DNA of 24,791 nucleotides from Geobacteraceae bacterium. GTDB taxonomy: Bacteria; Desulfobacterota; Desulfuromonadia; Geobacterales; Geobacteraceae. The stretch covers positions 1 to 24,791 of the forward strand of contig DATDMX010000364.1 of the NCBI GenBank assembly GCA_036518575.1, written 5' to 3'. The notes below the pieces were generated by a model. It had not been told where the DNA came from, did not search any database, and saw only the letters and a program-made list of their open reading frames with translations. Positions within the stretch are counted from its first letter, which is position 1; each line of letters begins with the position of its first letter. Positions 16,957-24,791 of the stretch are shown here, piece after piece. The translations under genes and the position numbers were made by a program.

Positions 16957-17770
16957 GATGCACCTCCTCGGCCTCCCGGTCGCCGCGCTCCCTGAAACTT
17001 GCCAGGGCTGCAACGCCCACCCCCACCAGGGCAAGGACGGTGGCGGCTGATGAGACCGGGAGCCGCTGCTGCGGCACCACCGGCCTTTCCGGCTGACCGT
17101 ACACCGAAGGTTTGTCGGCAAAGAGATAGAAGACATTTAACCCGCCCGCCTCTGTATAGCCGTAGATATTCGCTCCGGTCATACCCAGCCCCCTGAGTTG
17201 CGCCAGACGGGCATCGGCCCGCTTCTTCAGCGCCGTAACATCGCCAAAACTGATGGACCCCGTGGGACAGGCCTTGGCGCACGCCGTGCCGAGACCGTTG
17301 TGAATGCGATCGTTGCACAGAGTGCATTTGCGGGCGGTCCCGCTCTTCTCGCTGAAGGCTATCACGCCGAAGGGGCATGAAGGAACGCAGTACTTGCAAC
17401 CGATGCAGACATCCTGCTGCACGACCACATTCCCGAGGTCGGTGCGGATGATGGCGCCAGTGGGGCAGGCGTTGAGGCAGCCGGCGTCATTACAGTGTTT
17501 GCACGAATCGCTCGAAAAGAGCCAGCGCCCGGCCGTACGCTTTTCGTCAAACTGCTCGATGAAACGCACATGGCGCCAGTCTGTGGCACTCAAGGCCCCG
17601 GTATTGTCGTAGGAGTTGCCGGTAAAGTTGACAGCCACAGGATAGGGCTTCCCGGTCACTTGCCCGAAGTGTTTCGGCTCCGGAGCCAAGCCGTTCCACT
17701 CCTTGCACGCCACCTGGCATGCCTTGCAGCCGGTGCAGATGGTGGTGTCCACAAACATACCCTTTGCCAT
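16946..17770 (-). CDS. fdnH: Formate dehydrogenase iron-sulfur subunit (4x[4Fe-4S]) with C-terminal TM helix
   Basis: CTGCKACQVACKEWN, CKHC...C...CP, CIGCKYC...CP and CTLC...C...CP; hydrophobic C-terminal helix; TAATG overlap with the fdnG stop. Confidence 0.92.
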   Translation of the reverse strand: MAKGMFVDTTICTGCKACQVACKEWNGLAPEPKHFGQVTGKPYPVAVNFTGNSYDNTGALSATDWRHVRFIEQFDEKRTAGRWLFSSDSCKHCNDAGCLNACPTGAIIRTDLGNVVVQQDVCIGCKYCVPSCPFGVIAFSEKSGTARKCTLCNDRIHNGLGTACAKACPTGSISFGDVTALKKRADARLAQLRGLGMTGANIYGYTEAGGLNVFYLFADKPSVYGQPERPVVPQQRLPVSSAATVLALVGVGVAALASFRERGDREAEEVHHEP

Positions 17771-20700
17771 TACGCCCCGCCTCCTTTCCTGCCGGCCCTG
17801 ACGTTACAGGTGAAGACCTTCCCCTCGTGGATCGTGACGTTGGGGTCGGCCACCAGCGCGCTCAGCTCGTTCACCACGTCGCCACTGGCATAACCGAGCC
17901 ATCCCCAGTGCCAGGGGAGGCCGATCTCGTGCACCGTCTTGCCGTTCACCACGAAGGGGGTCATGCGCCTGGTCACCAGCGCCCGGGCCTGGATCTGGCC
18001 CCGGGCCGTCATTATGGTCATATACTCGGCGTTCCTGATCCCCTTTTCGGCCGCGAGCTCGGGGGAAATCTCGCAGAAAGGCTCGGGCATCAGTTCCGCC
18101 AGCCAGGCGACCGAACGGCTCGACTGCCCGCCGCAATGGTGCTCGGTCAGGCGGTAGGTCGAAACCACAATCGGGTAGTTCGGATCGGCGACGCCGTGGT
18201 ATGGATTGCCGGCGATCTTCCAGACCTTGGCCACCGGGTTTGACTGCTGTTTGTAGAGGAGGTTCGCCACAGGGGACTCATAAGGCTCGTAATGCGTCGG
18301 AAGCGGGCCGTCCGCGAGACCTGCCGGCGCAAAGAGCCAAGCCTTGCCGTCGGGACGCATGATGAAGGGATCGTCCCCGCCGAGCCAGTCGAAGCCAATG
18401 CCGTTGTCCCTGCCGCTGGATCCCGGTGCCTTGGTCGGCATAAAGTCGATGCCTTCGCCGGAGGGGCAGACCCATTTGCCGGCAACCTGATCCCACCAGA
18501 CGAACTTCTTCTTCTCAGACCAAGGGCGGCCGGCCGGGTCTGCCGAGGCCCGGTTGTACATGATGTGACGGTTGGCAGGCCAGGCAAACCCCCAGTTGGG
18601 GGAAATCCATTCATCCCCCTTGCGGGAGGCGGCCCGGTTCACGCCCTCCTCAGGGATGACGCCGGTGTAGATCCATGCGCCGCAGACGGTCGAGCCGTCC
18701 TCCTTCAGGTTGGCGAAAGTGGGAAGAGGTTTCCGGTCCTCCCAGGTGTACCCGTTTATCTCCTTGAGCACCTTGTAGGCCGACGGTTCGTCCTTGATGC
18801 GAAACCTCGCCACTTCGGCGATGTCAGGGTCGTAATTCCAGAGAAGGTTGCGCAGCGCCCAGTCACGGTCGTTCGCGGAGTTCCTGTAGATCTCCTTGAG
18901 CCGTCGGCCCAGGTGCCAGGTGAACCAGAGGTCGCTGCGGGCATCGTCGGGGGGGTCGGCGGCTTTTTCGTGCTGCTGCAGGAGGCGCTGGGTATTGGTG
19001 AATGACCCCTCCATCTCGGCCACCACTGCCGCGGGGAGGAAGAAGACTTCGGTCCTGATATCGGCCGTCTTCAGCTCGCCCGATCTTATCTCAGGAGAGT
19101 TGCGCCAGAAGGCGGCGGTCTCGGTTTCAAAAAAATCGCGCACAACCATCCACTCCAGCTTCGCCAGGGCTTTTCGCTGGAAGCGGGCGTTCTGCCCGCC
19201 TACCGCGGGATTCTGCCCCATGACGAAGAGTCCCTTGATCCTCCCTCCCATCATGTCCACCATCATGGGAAGATGGGAGTGGTCTCCGGTAATTTTGGGA
19301 TGAAAGTCGTAGCCGTAATCATTGTCAGCGGTAGCGGCGTCGCCGAACTGGGCCTTGAAGTACGAGACGGCAAACTTGGGGTAGTTCCCCCAGTAGCTCG
19401 TGGCGAGCGGCGCCGCTTCGGTGAGGATGAAATCCTTGAGAGTGTCGTGAGCCTTGCGGGCGTCCGGCATGTTCAGGTAACCGGGTAGCGAGTGGTAGAG
19501 GGTGGAGATGTCAGTCGACCCCTGGATGGTGGAATGTCCGCGCAGGGCCAGCACGCCCCCGCCGGGACGGCCGATGTTCCCGAGAAGAGCCTGGAGCACC
19601 CCGGCGGTGCGGATAATCTGCACCCCAACGGTGTGCTGGGTCCAGCCGACGGCGTAAACGATGTTGGCGGTGCGGTCGCGCCCCGAATTGTTGAGAAGCG
19701 TCTCGGCCACGCGGAGGAATTTTTCCTTCGGGCAACCGCAGACCTTTTCCACCATTTCCGGAGTGTAGCGGCCGTAGTGTTTCTTCACTAACTGGAAGAC
19801 GCAGAGCGGGTCCGTCAGGGTGGAATCGGTCCTGGGCCGCCCCGGCACCCGCTGCAGGAGGAGGTCGGTGAACGGCCCCACACCGGAAGGGGCCGGCCCG
19901 GGCGCGGGCTGGCGCTGGTACGCCCAACTGGCGTTGGAGTAGGCCGTGCCGTCTGCCGCAAGGCCGGAAAAGACACCGTCCAGGTCCTCGGTGTCCCGGA
20001 AGTCGGGGGTGACCAGGGTGGCCGCGTTCGTGTAGTTGACCACGTACTCCCGGAAGAAGGGATCGCTGTTCCATCGTTTGCTGTTGATGACATGGTTGAT
20101 GATGGCGCCGAGGAAGAGAATGTCGGTGCCGGCACGAATCGGCACATGAAGGTCGCACATGGCGGAGGTGCGGGTAAAGCGCGGATCCACGTGCATGAGG
20201 ACCGCGCCGTGGTCGGTCTTTGCTTTGAGGGGCCAGCGGAAGGCCACTGGGTGGCACTCCGCCATGTTTGAGCCCATAATCATGACTGCGTCGGAATGGA
20301 CCAGATCGCGTGGAAATGTGGTGGAACCGCCTCTACCGAACGAGACCCCCAGACCGGGGACCGTGGAGGAGTGTCAGATCCGGGCCTGATTCTCCAGGTA
20401 GACCACCCCCAGGGCATGCATCAGTTTCTGATGGGCGTAGTTCCATTCGTTATCGATGGTGGCGCCACCGAGAGAGGCTATGGCGTATGTGTTCATCACC
20501 CGCCTGGTGACGGTCCCTCCCTTGCCGTCAGGCATCTCCCGGGACTCGTTGAAGTTGGCGTCACGGGTCTTTTGTGTCAACTCGGCGATCCGGTTCATGG
20601 CCCAGTCGAGGGGCTTCTCCTCCCACCGGTCGCTACCCGGAGCACGGTACTTGACCCTGGTCCAGCGAATGTCGCTGGCACCCAGTTGCCAGGTGGCAGC

Positions 20701-20976
20701 CCCCTTTGGGCAGAGGGTTCCCAGATTGATGGGGGAGTCGGGGTTCCCCTGGATGTCGAGGATCTTGCCGATGTCATCGACCATGACGATCTGGCCGCAG
20801 CCGACCGAACAGTAGGGGCAGACGCTGGGAACCTCTCTCCCGCTCTTGATCGGCACCTTACCGGCCGCAGCCCGGGCAGCGCTCACGTTCAGGCCGAAGC
20901 CGGCCACTTCCGCGGCCACGGTCGTACCGATGGCACTGGAAGAAATTTTCAGAAACTGTCGGCGGGTTACTTTCAT
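17770..20976 (-). CDS. fdnG: Selenocysteine-containing formate dehydrogenase catalytic subunit (Mo/W-bisPGD), 1068 aa, Sec201
   Basis: The ORF-track pieces 20374..20976 and 17770..20283 are in frame and separated only by TGA at 20374-20376 in the context NQARI-U-HSSTV. It has a Tat signal TRRQFLK, CPYCSVGC...CPKG, ALRGHSTIQG and TYRLTEH, and a GGAGGT RBS. Confidence 0.95.
20340..20373 (-). promoter_or_regulatory. Bacterial SECIS element
   Basis: Hairpin GGUCCCC-GGUCU-GGGGGUC downstream of the UGA; the GGUCU loop begins 19 nt after the UGA, the same loop sequence and spacing as the E. coli fdhF SECIS. Confidence 0.85.
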
Positions 20977-21020
20977 AAGCTACCTCCGTACAGCGATTTC
21001 CCATCAGTGACGTGCTAAAC

Positions 21021-21048
21021 AAACTACCACAACTTTTTCCGACTGCAA
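21021..21048 (-). promoter_or_regulatory. Putative sigma70 promoter of the fdh operon
   Basis: Minus strand TTGCAG-16 nt-TAGTTT with an extended -10 TG. Confidence 0.4.
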
Positions 21049-21122
21049 TTCGGGAGAAATCAATGATTCAACACTGGGGCCGGTCAGCCCCCGTATCCCC
21101 TGCCCTCCCCCCTAAAATGCTC

Positions 21123-21167
21123 AAAAACGCGAAAGGCCGGATGACAATCACCCGGCCTTTCGCGTTT
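21123..21167 (-). terminator. Rho-independent terminator of the AMMECR1-family gene
   Basis: 16-bp perfect arms AAACGCGAAAGGCCGG / CCGGCCTTTCGCGTTT ending in a T run on the minus strand. Confidence 0.85.
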
Positions 21168-21185
21168 GCGGCATTTCGTTTTTCT

Positions 21186-21728
21186 CTAGCTGAACACCTC
21201 AGCACTGAAGGTGTAGATATCAGCTCCTTCCCGCCAGTCATCCTTGCCGAGCCCGGCCTTCATGCTCGTTTGGGCAAGGAAGGTATCCCGATCCCACCCC
21301 TGCTCCACCGCCACCTGGGGGAGAAGGACCCCACGGGAGAAATTCTTCTCCAGGTAGATGCCGTGAACGCCGACCGTTATCTCCTCCACAGATTCCACCT
21401 TCTGCAGGGGAGAAAGGACCGATATCTCCAGGTCGAACTTGGCAAGGTCGTCCTTTTTCATGGGATAGAAACGCGGATCTTTGGTGGCGGCTGCAACCGC
21501 CATCTCCTGAACGAGTTGGACCAAAGGCTTGTCAGAGACAAAGTTACCGATGCAGCCACGCAGCACACCGTCAATCTTGATACAGACAAAGCATCCCCGC
21601 TTTCCCGTGAGGCCGGTGGACGACGCTTCGCGGGGGAGGATGCAGCCGCTGTTGATGTAGGTAACGACGGCCTCGCGGGCGATCTCGATCAATTCCTCTT
21701 TTTCGGCGGAAGTGAGTTCCTTTTCCAC
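21186..21728 (-). CDS. AMMECR1-domain protein (AmmeMemoRadiSam system protein A family)
   Basis: GCFV, invariant LRGCIG, AATKDPRF, LEISVLSP, GVHGIYL and GVLLPQVA; GGAGGAGG RBS supports the GTG start at 21728. Confidence 0.9.
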   Translation of the reverse strand: MEKELTSAEKEELIEIAREAVVTYINSGCILPREASSTGLTGKRGCFVCIKIDGVLRGCIGNFVSDKPLVQLVQEMAVAAATKDPRFYPMKKDDLAKFDLEISVLSPLQKVESVEEITVGVHGIYLEKNFSRGVLLPQVAVEQGWDRDTFLAQTSMKAGLGKDDWREGADIYTFSAEVFS

Positions 21729-21750
21729 GGGTGAAAACCTCCTCCAGATA

Positions 21751-21779
21751 TTGCCAATCTTTAGGCAATGTACTATAGT
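21751..21779 (+). promoter_or_regulatory. Putative sigma70 promoter of the aldehyde dehydrogenase
   Basis: TTGCCA-17 nt-TATAGT. Confidence 0.6.
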
Positions 21780-21831
21780 TGGGCGAAACTTAGCAAGGGC
21801 ATTAAATAACCAAACCTGTAAAGGAGGCATC

Positions 21832-23259
21832 ATGGCGAGACGGTATAGGGTGCTGGTCGGGGGAGAGTGGCTCGGAGACGACTGGCCGGGGATAGAGGTC
21901 ATCAATCCTTACGACAATTCGGTCGTCGGGGTCGTGCCGGAGGCCTCTGCTGAAGTGGTGAACACGGCCATTGACGCCGCCCGCAAAGGATTCGCCGAGA
22001 TGGCGCGACTCCCCGCGTACCGCCGCTCGGAAATCCTTGACCGCACCGCTGACGCCATCCTGCGTGACAAGGAGGAAATCGCCGCCATTATTGCTTCCGA
22101 GGCAGGAAAATCGTGGAAATTTGCCCTTGCCGAAGCCGAGCGCAGTGCCGAGACTTTCAGATTTGCCGCCCACGAGGCAAAGGCGGAGCATGGCGAACTG
22201 ATACCGATGGACGCCTCGCCCGTGTCCGCCGGCCGCTTCGGCTATTACCAGCGCACCCCGATCGGCGTCATCGGCGCCATAACCCCGTTCAACTTCCCAC
22301 TGAATCTCGTGGCCCACAAAGTGGCGCCGGCCATTGCGGCAGGCAATGCCGTCGTCCTGAAACCCGCCACCAAGACACCGCTCTCCTCCATCAAACTGGC
22401 CGAGTTGATGGCCGAGGCAGGTCTTCCGCCAGGGGCACTCAACGTCGTCATCGGCAGCGGCTCGACGGTGGGTAACCGCCTCGTTGAAGACGAGCGCCTC
22501 GCCATGATCACCTTCACCGGTAGCCCTCCCGTAGGCCGGCAGATCAAGTCCCGCTGCGGCCTGAAGAGAATAACCCTGGAACTGGGGTCCAACTCGCCCA
22601 CCATCATCGATGAGGACGCCGATGTGGATGCGGCCGCAGCCAGGTGCGTCGTGGGAAGCTTTGCCAACTCCGGCCAGGTCTGCATCTCCGTACAGCGCAT
22701 CTTCGTGCACCGGCGGCGCTACGACGAGTTCCTTGCCAAATTCGTCGAGGCCACCAGGAAGCTCAAGGTGGGAAATCCCCTCGACGAGACCTGCGATATC
22801 GGCCCGATGATCTCCCCGGCGGAACTCAAGCGGGCTGTCTCCTGGCTCGAGGAGGCCAAACAGTTGGGGGCACACGTGGCTACAGGCGGCGAGGTAATCG
22901 GCAACTGTCTTGTTCCGACCATTCTCACCGGTGTCACCCGCGACATGCAGGTCATGTGCTCCGAGGTGTTCGCCCCCGTCGTCTCCGTTATCCCCTGCGA
23001 GAGCTTCGATGAGGCGCTGGACATGGCCGACGATTCGGTCTACGGCCTCCAGGCCGGCGTGTACACGCGGGACATTGGCCGTGCCTTCAAGGCGATCCGG
23101 CGGCTCGACGTGGGAGGGGTCATCATCAACGACATTCCTACCTTCCGCGTGGACCACATGCCCTACGGCGGCAACAAGGAAAGCGGCCTCGGCAGGGAGG
23201 GGCTGCGTTATGCCATGGAAGAGATGACCAACATCAAACTGGTCTGCATCAACCTGTAG
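21832..23259 (+). CDS. NAD(P)-dependent aldehyde dehydrogenase family protein; substrate not assignable
   Basis: AAGGAGG RBS; ITPFNFP, KPA, FTGS, LELGSNSP (catalytic Glu), FANSGQVCIS (catalytic Cys), EVFAP and PYGGNKESGLGREG. Confidence 0.93.
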   Translation: MARRYRVLVGGEWLGDDWPGIEVINPYDNSVVGVVPEASAEVVNTAIDAARKGFAEMARLPAYRRSEILDRTADAILRDKEEIAAIIASEAGKSWKFALAEAERSAETFRFAAHEAKAEHGELIPMDASPVSAGRFGYYQRTPIGVIGAITPFNFPLNLVAHKVAPAIAAGNAVVLKPATKTPLSSIKLAELMAEAGLPPGALNVVIGSGSTVGNRLVEDERLAMITFTGSPPVGRQIKSRCGLKRITLELGSNSPTIIDEDADVDAAAARCVVGSFANSGQVCISVQRIFVHRRRYDEFLAKFVEATRKLKVGNPLDETCDIGPMISPAELKRAVSWLEEAKQLGAHVATGGEVIGNCLVPTILTGVTRDMQVMCSEVFAPVVSVIPCESFDEALDMADDSVYGLQAGVYTRDIGRAFKAIRRLDVGGVIINDIPTFRVDHMPYGGNKESGLGREGLRYAMEEMTNIKLVCINL

Positions 23260-23335
23260 GCAGAGGGCCCGTGGACGCTGGTTTGCCGCGAAAACGCCCT
23301 GCCGATTTTCATGGAAACGGTGCGTTAAAAATATC

Positions 23336-23363
23336 TTGACATTTCAAAGAAAGATAGTATATT
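23336..23363 (+). promoter_or_regulatory. Near-consensus sigma70 promoter of the small lipoprotein gene
   Basis: TTGACA-16 nt-TATATT. Confidence 0.7.
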
Positions 23364-23440
23364 CCGCTTCTGTTGTGTACGTAAACCATGCGCCTTGCGC
23401 CGAAAATGGTAATCAAAAAAGAAAAGAGGTGATTTCGTCA

Positions 23441-23641
23441 ATGAAAAAACTGATCTCGTTAGCTCTGTGCCTCGCCCTGGCCCTGGCCTTCACCGCTGGC
23501 TGCAAGCCGAAAGAAGAGGCCAAGCCGGTCGAAGCTCCGAAAGCGGCTGCTCCGGCTCCCGAGCAGAAGCCGATGTCTTCCGCCAAAGCCGCTCCGGCTG
23601 CTCCGGCTGCTGCCCCGGCTGCTCCGGCCGAGAAGAAGTAA
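23441..23641 (+). CDS. Small Ala/Pro/Lys-rich lipoprotein, 66 aa
   Basis: GAGGTGA RBS; MKK, hydrophobic core and lipobox TAG-C; low-complexity mature part; own promoter and a downstream hairpin. Confidence 0.82.
   Translation: MKKLISLALCLALALAFTAGCKPKEEAKPVEAPKAAAPAPEQKPMSSAKAAPAAPAAAPAAPAEKK
23588..23629 (+). repeat. Imperfect 9-bp tandem repeat GCTCCGGCT coding for Ala-Pro-Ala
   Basis: Copies at 23591, 23600 and 23621, a variant at 23609-23620, and a separate copy at 23549. Confidence 0.7.
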
Positions 23642-23671
23642 TTTCTCAGTTCCCGCTTTTTTCGGAACAAG

Positions 23672-23710
23672 AAATAGCCTACAGAATTATTTCTGTAGGC
23701 TATTTTCATT
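23672..23710 (+). terminator. Long perfect hairpin, probable terminator of the lipoprotein gene
   Basis: 15-bp arms AAATAGCCTACAGAA / TTCTGTAGGCTATTT, loop TTAT, followed by TCATTTT. Confidence 0.65.
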
Positions 23711-23729
23711 TTGCGGCGAGAAAATAGCC

Positions 23730-23759
23730 TTGACAATCCGTCCCGGCAAATGATACATG
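23730..23759 (+). promoter_or_regulatory. Putative ndk promoter
   Basis: Consensus TTGACA at 23730-23735; the -10 region (TGATACATG) is only a partial match. Confidence 0.45.
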
Positions 23760-23791
23760 AAACGGTCATTCAAAAACAGTTTGGAGGAACC

Positions 23792-24205
23792 ATGGAAAGA
23801 ACGTTTGCGATCATCAAGCCCGACGCGGTAGAGCGCAACATCACGGGCAAGGTAGTGGACAAAATCGAGACCGCCGGCTTCAAGATTGTCGGCATGAAGA
23901 AGATCTTCCTCTCCAAGGCTCAGGCCGAAGGCTTCTATTACGTCCACAAAGAGCGCCCCTTCTTCAACGACCTCTGCACCTTCATGTCGAGGAATCCGGT
24001 GGTTGTCCTCGTTCTCGAGAAGGAAAACGCCATTGCCGCGTGGCGCGATCTCATGGGGGCGACGAATCCTGCCAACGCCACTGCCGGCACCATTCGGAAA
24101 GAATTCGGCGTCAGCATCGAAGAGAACACCGTCCACGGCTCCGACTCCCCCGAATCGGCCGCCTTCGAAATCCCGTACTTCTTCAACCAGCTGGAACTGG
24201 TGTAG
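23792..24205 (+). CDS. ndk: Nucleoside diphosphate kinase
   Basis: [36 protein letters not shown] and the phospho-His motif NTVHGSDS; GGAGG RBS. Confidence 0.97.
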   Translation: MERTFAIIKPDAVERNITGKVVDKIETAGFKIVGMKKIFLSKAQAEGFYYVHKERPFFNDLCTFMSRNPVVVLVLEKENAIAAWRDLMGATNPANATAGTIRKEFGVSIEENTVHGSDSPESAAFEIPYFFNQLELV

Positions 24206-24228
24206 AGATACGCACAGGAGCTGTTCGC

Positions 24229-24254
24229 AAGCCCTTCCCTGGAAGGGCTTTTTT
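24229..24254 (+). terminator. Rho-independent terminator after ndk
   Basis: AAGCCCTTC-CCTG-GAAGGGCTT then TTTT. Confidence 0.8.
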
Positions 24255-24265
24255 ATATTGTGAGT

Positions 24266-24791
24266 ATGGACAAAGTAGACCTCAAAAATTTACCCCTCGA
24301 AGAGCTTGAAGCCTTCATCCTCGGCTGTGGCAAGGAACGCTTTCGTGCCAAGCAGATCTTCAAATGGATCTATCAGCAGGAAGTGCGCGACTTTTCCGCG
24401 ATGACGAACCTTTCCAAGGAGTTTCGCGAACTGATGACAGAGCGTGCCATGGTGAGCGATCTCGTCCCGGAGGTCGTGGAAACCGGCCGCGACGGCACCC
24501 GCAAGTATCTCTTCCGCCTGGCCGATGGCCTGTGCGTGGAGTCGGTTCTCATTCCCGACGAAGGGAGAAACACCCTCTGCATTTCCAGCCAGGTAGGGTG
24601 CGCCATGGGCTGCCGCTTCTGTCTCACCGGCACCTTTTCCCTGAGCCGAAATCTTACCGCCGCCGAGATCGTCAACCAGGTTTGCGCCGTGAGACGGGAG
24701 GCCGACATTCGCAACATCGTCTTCATGGGGATGGGCGAGCCTCTCCACAACATCGACAACGTGATCCGTGCCATTCGCATCCTTTACAGCG
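24266..24791 (+). CDS. rlmN: Dual-specificity 23S rRNA/tRNA m2A methyltransferase (radical SAM); 3'-truncated by window edge and absent from the ORF track
   Basis: My translation reads MDKVDLKNL...[11 protein letters not shown]...MTNLSK...DGTRKYLF...ESVLIP...[20 protein letters not shown]...[12 protein letters not shown]...[13 protein letters not shown], containing the CxxxCxxC and MGMGEP motifs. Confidence 0.95.
   Translation, partial: MDKVDLKNLPLEELEAFILGCGKERFRAKQIFKWIYQQEVRDFSAMTNLSKEFRELMTERAMVSDLVPEVVETGRDGTRKYLFRLADGLCVESVLIPDEGRNTLCISSQVGCAMGCRFCLTGTFSLSRNLTAAEIVNQVCAVRREADIRNIVFMGMGEPLHNIDNVIRAIRILYS

Noticed and set aside
20284-20376. Apparent split or pseudogenised fdnG
   Set aside because: The fragments are in frame, the single TGA is at the catalytic Sec position and a SECIS follows.
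21010-21032. Possible sigma54 promoter upstream of fdnG (TGG...GC on the minus strand)
   Set aside because: GG and GC are 11 nt apart rather than the strict 10, and the TGGCAC/TTGC context is absent.
1-24791. CRISPR array, rRNA, tRNA (including selC), integrase or defence genes
   Set aside because: I saw no regularly spaced repeats, cloverleaf or rRNA signatures, or such protein motifs. The intergenic gaps are short and largely explained by promoters and terminators.

Overview
A roughly 60% GC bacterial chromosomal window whose gene set looks like a Geobacteraceae-type deltaproteobacterium (inferred, not searched). Left to right: the 3' end of hisG; a lower-GC islet (CsgG-like exported protein and a small membrane protein); an exported protein built from three 56-aa His-containing repeats; a VKOR-thioredoxin (DsbB/DsbA-equivalent) fusion; a HAMP-GAF-GGDEF diguanylate cyclase; a DUF296/PPC protein; a TPR protein; ptsP; pyruvate carboxylase; and a PpiC-type foldase. 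Next comes a five-gene formate dehydrogenase operon on the minus strand: selenocysteine fdnG, fdnH, an NrfD-type anchor, fdhE and mobA. The window ends with an AMMECR1-family gene, an aldehyde dehydrogenase, a tiny Ala/Pro-rich lipoprotein, ndk and the 5' part of rlmN. I found no rRNA, tRNA, CRISPR array or transposase. Most genes are ordinary housekeeping or energy metabolism. The most promising leads are (1) the uncharacterised triple-His repeat protein; (2) a likely internal start and signal peptide inside the VKOR-DsbA fusion, which could give two products from one gene; (3) the UGA/SECIS recoding that joins two ORF-track fragments into one 1068-aa FdnG; (4) a HybAB-like rather than FdnI-like membrane module; and (5) near-identical hairpins bracketing the fdh operon. 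All promoter, operator and structure calls are by eye and untested.
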